Assembly (NCBI GenBank): GCA_016748015.1
Contig: JAAOMT010000063.1
Location: 1-22,873, forward strand
Origin: Geosiphon pyriformis uo1
Taxonomy: Eukaryota; Fungi; Glomeromycota
Direction of reading: 5' to 3'
DNA length: 22,873 nt
Shown: piece after piece, positions 12,301 through 22,235 of the stretch
How the letters are laid out: every line of letters starts with the position of its first letter
Position numbering within the stretch: the first letter of the stretch is position 1
The notes under the pieces: model-generated
Databases searched by the model: none
What the model was told of the DNA's origin: nothing
The model's input: the letters and a program-made list of their open reading frames with translations, nothing else
Program-made: the position numbers and the translations under genes

Positions 12301-13040
12301 ACTTGTTTATGCATACTATTTAAACAAATATTTAAAAAACCATTCAGATCAATTAAAACCAAAACAGTCTTGTAATTAATATTAAAGAAGTCAAATACAG
12401 AGTTAATTTTATGTCTAATAACTGCAAATGACAAATTTTTACTTATAAAAATATAATCTATAATTTTCTTAATACTTTTAAAGTTGCTTTAAGTAAAAGC
12501 TTTAATCAGTAAATATTCATTAAAAAAATTAACTAAATTCAAATTCACACAAAACTTGAAATTCATATTTTTTTAGATCTATTTTTATTAAAATCTCTAT
12601 TTAGAACTATAAAAGTATTAAAATTAACAACTTAAACAATAAAAAAGTTGTTTTTAATATCAGATTAAATCTAGCTTTAACAGAAACATTAACATATAAA
12701 CCCAAAATTATAACTGAAATTTTGTCTTTAAAAAGAAGTTATATTAAAATAACATAATTAAAAATTTTTTTTATCTTAGAAATATGTCAAGCCAGAAAAT
12801 TGTTTATAATAACAGTTATTTTAGCACCAAGAAATTTTTTTTTAAACCAAATGTAAAAATCTGTACTCTATCAAACTTATCTATAATTTATAATCTAATA
12901 CTAAATCTTAATTTTGTTTCTGTAATAATAAAAACCATATTATCCAGACTTGTATGCCAATAAACAATATTTTTTTGTTTAACAAAAATATTAATACCTT
13001 AAATATTATACATAGCAAACTTTTATATTAAATTAGTTAT
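9305..13040 (-). pseudogene. LINE B ORF2 (APE-RT-RNase H), degenerate
   Basis: ITNLI*KFAMYNI*GIN..WH..IITETKLR from 13040. ORF 11636..11899 matches LINE A 5684 onward (IIRNILKKLFYKIILDYL..KFKVDVII). Also NTKLITLIETAKKI (~11300), FIDD, and RNase H IYTDKSL..RAAAYF. Confidence 0.85.
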
Positions 13041-14902
13041 TAAAATAAAAAAAACATTAGAGATTCCAAGCCAAAGCACAATTAATTCAATTTTACTAAA
13101 ACTAAATTAACCAAAATCTTAAGAGTTATTATTTTTGATTTCAAGCTATTTATTTTAGTAATCAGAATTTTTAAGCTATTTAAACTTAAATCCAAAACCT
13201 TATTTTTTATAACTAAAAAAGGAAAAATGAGTAATACTAATAGGTTTTTTAAAACCATATTCAAATTCAAATTCAAATTCAATAGTACAAAAACAATTAA
13301 AAAAAAAAATTAAGAAACAAATACTAAAAACACCAGATTTATAACACTTAATTTTTTCATAATTTCCAATATTCAATTAGCCAAAAGCTCTAAAAAACAT
13401 TCTAAAAAAGCTAAATAAGTTACAATAAAAGAATTGTCTTAACCAACCAATAAATTTCATTTATTATGAAAAATATTAAAAAGAAGAAATCCAAAACTAG
13501 AATTAAAACAAGTATTATTAGTAAAAACAGTAAATAAAACTACTTGCACTTATAATTTGTTACTAAAAGTAGCAAAACAAAAAATAAAAACATTTTTTTA
13601 ACATATAATCTAATCAATTAAAGACAATTTTTATCTAAAGCAATTTTTTTATATGTTTTCAAAAAAAACAAGATAAAAATATCTAATATATTACACTTTA
13701 AATTAAATGTTTAAATTGTTCACACTTTTTATATTAAACCAAATCCATTTTAATCTAAGAGAGTTTTACACTACCAAAAATTGACTCTGTATAAAAAACA
13801 AACTCTAGTTTTTTATTTAATTCAAAACCAATTACAGTATAACAAATTTTATTGCCAAAATTAAATTATTAATTTATAATATAAGTTTTTTTACAAGTTT
13901 TTTTTAATAAAGCACCAAGATTATAAACAGTTGTTTTTACAAACAAAGTAAACAAAAACATCTTAAACCAGTTCTTAAATATTCAAACATTACAATTTTT
14001 TAGTCTTACTATAGGTATTAAATCTTTTTTAATTAAGAATAACTACTTTACTGTTAACTAATTTGCTTAAACTGATTTGGTGAACTTTATTATAGCCTTT
14101 TGTCATAGTTTAATTAATTACAATTGAATTAACTTAATTTGACTAAACTCAGATACTACAGTAATAATTATTTTTTTTAATATATTTATAAAAATATTTT
14201 AATTATTATAGCTTAATCTGATCTAATTTTTTGTTTTTTAATATTACTGTTTATAATGTTTTTTTTTTAATCAATAATATGACTTTTTTTATGTTTTTTT
14301 TTTATGTAAATATATATTTAATTATCTTTTCAAATTTTGAAAGAGTACTAATCCTCCTAAAACTATTAATTATTAAAAAAATTTTTCAAATTTTTTGAGT
14401 TTTGTCTATTGTTAATTTGTTTTCTACTACTAATAAATTAATATATAAGGCAAAAAATTTTTTAATAACCACTTTTACTTAAGTTTTAACAATTTTAGAA
14501 TTAATTTATTTCTTGTTTAAAGATATATTGAAAAAAGATAGAAGGAATTTGATCTCTTTTTTCATGTTAAAGTTAAGAAAACCAAGAAAAATACCATAAA
14601 TTGTGTTAGTATTTATTCTATTAACTTTAAAAATAGTTGCTATTAAACCTAAAAAAGATTTACTATTAACACTTTCTATAATAAAATTATTTTTACTACT
14701 ACTAAACTTACTGTTCAAATCTGAATATATACTACCAAAATCTGATTTGACCAATAATATATCTTTTTTATCATTTAAATATTTAATATTACCAAAAATA
14801 ACTCTTTTTTCTGAAAAAAAAAGTCATTAACTAGATCATAAAAAGCCCCTTTGAACATTTTTTTTTAAATATACTATTGCTTAAAACAGTTTTTAAGTTT
14901 AT
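13037..14902 (-). pseudogene. LINE B ORF1, degenerate
   Basis: INLKTVLSNSIFKK..FKGAFYD.. matches LINE C VDLKAASNSSIFKKKTPKGALHD. Eroded knuckle YKKCEQFKH..C (~13693-13733). ORF 13082..13282 matches LINE A 4198..4431. Confidence 0.8.
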
Positions 14903-15063
14903 AATAAAGAAATTATTAAATTAAAAAATATTAATAAATAAATAACAAAAAAAACAAAAAACTTTTTTTACAAAATTATGCTCTTTAGGAAATTTAAAAC
15001 ATAAAAAAGAAAGAAGTTTATTAATAATTTTGTAAAAAATATAAAGTATTAATATAAAAAAAA

Positions 15064-16269
15064 CTTTTTTTTTTTCTTTGTTCAAATTCTCCAAAAAACA
15101 ATTTTTTGAAAAAAAAGTTTTTGTTTTTTATCTTACTTGTTTTATTATTTTCAACATTTTTCAAGCTAATAATCTTTTTGTAGTGGACCTGAAAGCTGCT
15201 TCAAATAGCAGTATATTTAAGAAAAAGACTCCAAAAGGTGCTCTTCATGATTCAGTTGATGGTATTTTTTTCCAAAAGAAAAAAGTTTTAGTTGGTAATG
15301 TTAAGCATTCTGAAGATTAAAAAAATATTTTTCTGGTTAAATCTAGTTATATTGATGATATCTATTCGAATATAGACAGTGTTTTTGGTAATAGTGAAAA
15401 TAATAATGTTTTATTTAGTGTTAGCAATAGTTTTTTTTTTAGTTTGGCAGCAAACATCCTTAAAGCTAAAAGAATTAATACTGGTCTGGTCTGTGACTCC
15501 TCTCTTAGTTCAATTGATTATGGCATGGATAAAGATGGTGACTTCTTTCTTCCTTTTAAAATATTTCTTGACAAAAAAAAGGTTGATTCTAAAATTTTTA
15601 AAACTCAGGTTAAAGTATCTGTTAACAAATTCTTTGTTCTTGATATCAATCTTAGTACTATAGAAGGAAAATCTGTTATGGCAAAGACATAGGCTGTTAG
15701 AAAATTGTTTTTATCAATTAATAGTTTTGGAAAGGGCCACTACTTCTTCAAAATTTAAAGAAATCATCAGATCTACCTTTACTTCAGAGATTAGCATAAA
15801 GAAAGCCATTTCATTGGCCAAAAAAAATGAGATTATTGTAAATGTCAATGTCAAAAAACAAAAAATGCATTCAGATCAGGCTGTGGTCATTAAAAAAATT
15901 CTCATAGATATGCCAAAGAAAATGATTGTCACTGCAATATCCAAATTTAGTGAAATTAAGTCGATCAAAATTTAGTTGATTAGAATGTGGCAGATGACTG
16001 TAATAGAATTTGCCAAATTGGGTTAAACTTAACAATTGGCTGCTAAATGATTCTTCTTGATTGAAAAAAATTCAGTATGTATAGCTATGGCTATAAAAGA
16101 TTGTAATATTTGGGCATTCAGAAATCAGTTCAAGACTCTGTTGTTTACTTTGCCTATAAAAACAACTGCTCATAATTTGGGCACTTTTTTTGGAAAGAGT
16201 TGATAATAAAACATGCATTATTAATTGATTATTTAATACTGACAATTAGGTTCACTATGCTGTGATCAG
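15064..16269 (+). mobile_element. LINE C: 5' UTR plus first ~1.1 kb of ORF1, interrupted by the Gypsy element
   Basis: 5' motif shared with LINEs A and B. ORF1 is homologous to both. Homology stops at VHYAVIS (16270). Confidence 0.85.
15183..16269 (+). pseudogene. LINE C ORF1 N-terminal part
   Basis: KFFVLDINLSTIEGKS, ATTSSKFKEIIRSTFTSE, QAVVIKKI..ISKFSEIKSIKI match LINE A KLFVLDVKLSVV, LKFPDIIRASFTSE, EVIIKEIP..FFKFGNVVSIKV. Confidence 0.85.
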
Positions 16270-16710
16270 TATTATTCATAAAATATAGAAATTATATTAG
16301 TATATAAATTAATCAATCAGAAATAGATGTAGTAAAATAAATTCTAGGATTCCTCTTAGAGAAATTACAGGATTTCAGAAATTACAGAATTCTTATATAA
16401 AGAATCATGAGATTTCAGAATTCCAGGATTTCTCTCAAGGAATTGCAGGATTCCAGAAATTTTAGAATTTTTGGTGAGAAAAATTGAAGAATTAAAGAAT
16501 CTCAAATGTGTATATATAACAGTAGTATTAAAAGCAAAAAAACAAATCTCTTAGTTTAAACTTTCCTTCTTATCTATTTCTTAATTACTTTAAGAATAGT
16601 TTATATTTATTGAAGTGAAATTATCAAATTATTAATAAAATACTTATCTATATCCAATTCATATTATTATTACTTGATTGAGAAATATTCATCAAACTCT
16701 AATTATCAAT
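16270..16710 (+). repeat. putative 5' LTR (boundaries approximate)
   Basis: Non-coding block starting where LINE C homology stops (tattat, possibly from TGTTAT). Contains internal direct repeats, a TATA-like tatatataa (~16511) and AATAAA (~16634). No second LTR is present to confirm it. Confidence 0.55.
16340..16472 (+). repeat. two ~55-bp imperfect direct repeats built from ~9-10-bp G(G/A)ATT(C/T)CAG-like subunits
   Basis: 16340-16394 aattctaggattcctcttagagaaattacaggatttcagaaattacagaattctt vs 16419-16472 aattccaggatttctctcaaggaattgcaggattccagaaattttagaattttt. Confidence 0.8.
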
Positions 16711-18128
16711 ACTTTATGTTAATAGCTACTAATACTTAACAATACTGAAACAATAGCTCTTAATTACAGCTATTAATAGAATACCAACTTAATTGCTTTG
16801 AACTAATTTTTTTATTTTTTTTTATTTGTTTTATTGTTTACTAATTAATCAAAAATCAATACACAGAATTAATAACATCAAAGAAACTGGTAAAAGATCT
16901 GTAAAACAAGGATAGAACACTTGCAGAATTGAGAATAGCTTACTAGGAAGATTACTGACTACCACACTGAGAAAAAAATTCAATGAAATTGCAATTTTGA
17001 AAGACTACTGAAAACACATTATTAAATCTTTGTCTATTATAAAAAAACTCAACCAAAATCTTCAGATTACTATAACCTTTAAATATCATTATTATATCAG
17101 CTATTAAATACCAAGTTATGGGTTTGCTATTTGCTTTAAGACTCCAAATAATCATCTGTAACATTTGGTGCTTCTTATAAAGTATAATCTTACAGAAAAC
17201 CAGCACCAATACACAACTAATTAAAAGTGGTATAATCAAAAATAATAAGGACAAACTATTTAAAATTTGCCAAATTCTTATTTTAATATTATAACTAATA
17301 CTTGGGATTAAACAACAACCATTATCCAGCAGAATCAGTTTTTAACTTTTATGTCAACAAAAAAATCAAAATTTTTTAGAAGAACTAGTTAACATTAAAG
17401 CAGCAAGAGAAAATTTCTACACAGAATTAATTTAACACACTAGTTTATCATGAAATTACAGTTTTGCACCAATTATTTGTAAGATCAATTAAAAAATTGA
17501 GAGGTATATTCAATAACAATTTTCTATTACCTATATGAACAAAGGCAAAAAAAAACTACAAATACTAGCAGTAACACTTAATAAAATACAACTACTCACT
17601 TGAAAAAAAACCAGAATCAAGTTACTAATCAATTTATCATACTATTATATACTTAAAAATGTTATCAACATCTTATTAGCAGGTGCATCAACATCAAATG
17701 CAAAATTATTATTAGCTCAACTTTTATTCCAAAGTAAACAAAAGAAAGCAGAATTATTGAGAACTTATGATAATAACTTTGAAGAATTCAAATCATGATT
17801 ACCAATACCATTAGGATTTTAATTACTATCACTTCAACCAAGTTTCAGAACCACAAATCCTTGAAAAGTATTGGAACCAGAAAAAAAGAAAAATAACAAT
17901 TAAGAATTTAATTATCAAAACCTGATTGTAGAAAACCTGGAAATTGAAACTCCAAATATTCAAACTTAACAAAATCAGAATAATTTCAACTTCAATACTA
18001 TTAATCAACACTTATTTTCAGTAATTGTAATTAATCAACCACCAATTGAACCAATTGCTGAACCACTCCAATAGTTGCAACCACAACTACAACAACAATT
18101 TCAACAGCTCCAACAACCAATTACACCA

Positions 18129-18908
18129 ATGGCATATGTCCCAATTACCAAAATAAAAAAATTTACTGACAAAAAAGATAACACCCAAGTATGGCTCAAT
18201 AATTTGAAAAAAGCCATCACAACCAATAGATAAAATGATGCTAGAGCATTATAGGCAATCTTATATTTTCTACAGAACATTGCTAATTCATAATATTAGA
18301 GTTTGGCAAATAAACCCCAAAACTTTAATGTCTTTAAACTTGAGTTTCTAAGATATTTTAGTAATAATAACAGTATTAACCACTTGGTTAATACTTTTAC
18401 CACCATAAAACAAGAAGATGTCAAAGTAGTTACTACTTACTTGGAATGTTTTCATAGAAATCTGCACCAGATTCAAGCAATTAATGCCAACTATTTTACA
18501 GTGCCACAAATTTTGAATCAGTTTATCCATGGCCTGTGTAGTAGCATCCTCTAATGAATATGTCTATTGTATTTGGCAGACCTTTAAGCTGTGGTTACTT
18601 ATGCCAGAGATTTTAAAGCAGCTGAACTTAAAACTAATCACATTCAAGCCATCAATTTAGTAATAAATAGATCATCTAACTTGGATTCTAAATTGAAACA
18701 ATTCAGTAATTTTATCAACCAGAAAATCGAAAAATACTTAGTTAACAATTAGGCAATTTATCAACCACTATAGTGATACAATAACTCAAGAAATTCAAAT
18801 TGTTTTCAAAATCAGTTATGTCTATTGTCATCAACAAATTAGTTGTGATAGCAAAAAACACATGTCTGCCACTGCTGTGGTAAACAGGTACACTTAAAAA
18901 TAGATTGC
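18129..18908 (+). pseudogene. gag: Gypsy Gag (capsid-like retrotransposon Gag domain plus CCHC knuckle)
   Basis: MAYVPITKIKKFTDKKDNTQVWL..FNVFKLEFLRYF..TIKQEDVKVVTTYLECF..LNQFIHGL; knuckle CHCCGKQVHLKIDC at 18867-18908. Confidence 0.88.
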
Positions 18909-19499
18909 CAATTAAGATTAGATAACCAACAATTAGGAAGCCAATATCAAAACTCTGATTGCTGATTTCAAACTTCAAACCATTATCCAAATCAAGATCA
19001 ATATCAACAACATTACCCATCAATAACACAACAATTATACTTATTTTCAATCTATCAGGTACCAGCATTTATAATCTATTAACCACTACAGTCACAAATA
19101 ATTTATCAAACTTTACTAATTCAAACACTGTCATCAAACTCAGCTTAATTAGTCATTGGAACCCAAAGACTAAGAGTTATTCATATCTAACAAAACTGAA
19201 GATCAGCAATGGTCATGCACCAACCAATTCTCAGTTCTTCAACCCAATTATTAGGATTATAACAGTGGAGTTTAGAAACCAGATATATTTAAAACCTAAA
19301 TTTCCAGAACTATTTAAGTCTTCTGGTTACTCCAGAAGATACTACATCTAACAACCAGAAGACCAACCAAAAACTACTTACTAATAATATACTTCCAGCA
19401 ACCATTACTGAAGACAAATTACTGTCAGTCATCTTTCCCTTTAAACTTGAAAAATCAACTATATTACTTTTTAGTGAAGCTGCTCTTAACACCAAACTT

Positions 19500-19840
19500 A
19501 TTACTACAATATATACTAACACCAAAGTTGATGACCATCACATCAAATTAATTTTAGACAGCAGATCAGCAGGCAGCATTATTACATGACAACTCATGGA
19601 CCAATTAGGTCACTGAATTGATTGCACTATTAGAATTCGAATCATCCTTGCTAATAGAGTGACAAAAATTCTAATTGGCAAAATAAATAACTTCTTGTTT
19701 GAAGTCAATAGCATCAATGTATCAATCAAAGTTCTTGTCATAGAAGTCATTCAGTATCAAGCTTTAATTGGTAATAACTGGTTGTTTAAGACAAACACTG
19801 TGCTTGACTAAACTATTCAGGAATTGTAATTCAGCTAAAA
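19500..19840 (+). pseudogene. retropepsin-like aspartic protease
   Basis: IKLILDSRSAGSII (catalytic D at 19557; DSG>DSR by GGA>AGA) and ALIGNNWL (~19761). Same frame as Gag. Confidence 0.88.
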
Positions 19841-20979
19841 TGACCAGCACATTTGAGTATCAGTCATATATGATTATTTCAGACCAGCCAATACTACTTA
19901 AGTCCTACTAATTAATTTAAAAGAAGAGAAAAAAAGACCTATCTAAGAAGCCTACCAAGTTTTATAAGCTGACAAAAACCACAACAACTTACTACTAATG
20001 TCTACATAGGAGAAAAAAAGAAAAAGAAAGAAAAGAAAGGAAAAAAATTTCCAAGCAACAATATCCATTTATACTTTGTACACTACCAATCACTCCAGTT
20101 CAACCTACCATTGACCCAAATTAATGTGCATTAATTGTGGCAAAAAATTGTTGACAATGGGCACATGTTATAATAACAATAAAAAATAGCCAACAGTGAC
20201 AAAATATTACTGTTACCTATGTATCTTTGAATGCTTTGGATGACCTAAGAGACAGAGAAAATAGAACAACAAACCATGTCTCACTTGTGAGAAGATTTTT
20301 TTAGACAAAAAAATATGGAATGCCATTCCAGGGCAAGAGAAAACATGTGACAAATTGTGCCAATATATAATTCTAATTAACAACTAGGTAAGAAAAGAAA
20401 TGCTAATAAACACTGCCTAAAGAAGAGCAGTAAAACAATTAGATGGTTGTTCACACAATGATGATAAAATATGGCAAATAGTTCTTGCCAAAATTAAAGA
20501 CATATTATCAGAAGAAATAAGACAAATTAAAAACAACTCATCTGAATTCATTGAATTTGATTGGACTTTAAATCCTGATGTTGTCTTAGATCTCATAAAT
20601 TCAGAACAATTCCACAAACACTACCAAAAATTAGCATTTACTAGAAAAGAGCAAGAATAGCAATTAGAACAATTAAATACAAAACTCTGTAAACATTGCC
20701 TTATTCTCAATGATTTTAAGTATTGTAATAATTGTAATGTTGTTTACAATCCATCATCACACATAATCTACATGATTCCAGAAAAAGAAGAACCAATCAA
20801 CAGCTGTGCATTGAAATTGGAATCAACATTTAATTTTGATTCAAACTCCAACAATAATAACAACAATAATGATTTCAGTTTTATTCAAAATGACAATGAT
20901 AACAATGATAATTTGAACTCTAATTCAAACTTCAAACAATACATTGTGCTCTTTGATCTTTCTAAAGAGCAAGAACTCA

Positions 20980-21385
20980 AATGGTTCAGTGATAATGATG
21001 AAGATATTATGCCAGAATATTTACATAATACTAATGCAGGATTTGATTTGAGATATTCCAGAAAAGATGTCATTAAATTGAAACCACATTTATGCATCTG
21101 TATTAATATGAAAGTAGTACTGGAAATCTCAATAACAACAATAGTTTAACCAAAAAAAAGATTAATATTAAAGAAAAAATAATTGATGCAGAATATGTGG
21201 AAAATATTATTGCAATACTACAAAATAACTCAAAAAGACCTATATTATAAAGTCAAACAAAAAGATAGCACAGACAATATTTTTGTTTTTGGTTAAAATA
21301 ACTTAGTTAGTAATAGTAAAAAACAAGAAAAAATTAAGGATAACAGCAAGAAGAATAAGTAGATTCAAATCTATAAGTAGAATAG
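20980..21385 (+). pseudogene. dut: trimeric dUTPase domain within Pol, frameshifted
   Basis: Motif 1 AGFDL (21036-21050). Motif 2 is largely deleted (~21145). Motif 3 IIDAEYVENI, motif 4 KIAQTIF, motif 5 RRISRFKSISR (from RGxxGFGSTG; 21349-21381). Confidence 0.88.
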
Positions 21386-21829
21386 ATATATCAGTTAACA
21401 TGGCAGAAAAAAAAGCAATTAACAAAAGAGAAATTATCTCTATCTGTCAATTAATTTTCATTCTGCCATATAACCAGTACATGTTAATCATAGAAAAGAA
21501 AGTAAAGGAACAAGCTTAAATTTTTGAAGTTAAAACTACCATCTGTAAATCCAGAAAAATTGGATTCATTAATCTTTATATACTAGCCAAAAGCCTAAAA
21601 CACATTAAAATGTCTATTCACAATACAATAAGAGACATTATTGAAATACCAAAAAAAATTACCATTAAATATTTAAGCACTGAAGTAAAAAACCAACTGC
21701 CAAACACTATTTCAAATTTCTTACAACTGTGCAGATATGTAAATATCACATTACAAACAATATATGGACAAGAAAAATGTTATTTGTTCCAGCCAGAACA
21801 ATTAGAACAAATGAACTTGAGAAATCTAG

Positions 21830-22235
21830 ACTCACTATAACATATGCAACTCAAAATACTACTTAATAATTTCACTAATATCTTTGCCAGTGAAAATGAA
21901 TTTGGCAGAATAGACATCATTTAATACCAGATCAAGACAGAAAATACCATATTAGTCAAACAAAAAACAGATAGAGTACCACCAGCAAGCCATGAAATCA
22001 TCTAACAGGAAATAAACCAGATGTTAAACAATGAGTTAATTCAATTATTAATGAGTATATGGTCATTATTAGTGGTACTAGTCTGTAAAAAGAATGAAAA
22101 AATCCACTTTTGTGTAGATTACAGAAAACTTAATAGAATAATTCATAAAGACAACTACCCCACTTTATGTATTTAAGTATTATTTAATGTTTTTAGAGAA
22201 AAAAAATAGTTCTTAACATTGGATCTAGATAGTGA
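21830..22235 (+). pseudogene. pol: Gypsy reverse transcriptase, N-terminal part only
   Basis: QEINQMLNNELIQ..SIWSLLVVLVCKKNEKIHFCVDYRKLNRIIHKDNYP..FLTLDLDSD. Ends at motif A (LDLxSG), before YxDD. Confidence 0.93.

Larger units (their letters stand above)
9305..15016 (-). mobile_element. LINE B: heavily mutated LINE related to A and C, 5'-intact, truncated inside RNase H
   Basis: Minus-strand translation is collinear with LINE A: ORF1, then ITETKL, LQNMYKTYNSV, GAFIDD (FIDD 10740-10729), IYTDKSL (~9640). Homology ends at WLKVK (~9310). Confidence 0.9.
16270..22235 (+). mobile_element. Ty3/Gypsy LTR retrotransposon carrying dUTPase, degenerate, cut off inside RT by the telomeric array
   Basis: Domain order Gag-CCHC-protease-(Cys-rich)-dUTPase-RT, with Gypsy-type RT motif FCVDYRKLN. 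There is no integrase between PR and RT, so it is not Copia. Confidence 0.93.

Noticed and set aside
11077-14830. Short + strand K/I/L/F-rich ORFs (11077, 12028, 14603)
   Set aside because: Antisense to LINE B in extremely AT-rich DNA.
16715-16732. taatagc as a mutated tRNA primer-binding site (TGGTAGC)
   Set aside because: Requires assumed mutations and no clear LTR-terminal CA is adjacent; it cannot be supported without a second LTR.
18959-19351. 130-aa ORF overlapping the Gag-protease linker in another frame
   Set aside because: The Gag frame is Gln-rich here and gains CAA>TAA stops, while the shifted frame is Thr/Asn/Ser-rich and avoids them by composition. No independent evidence of coding.
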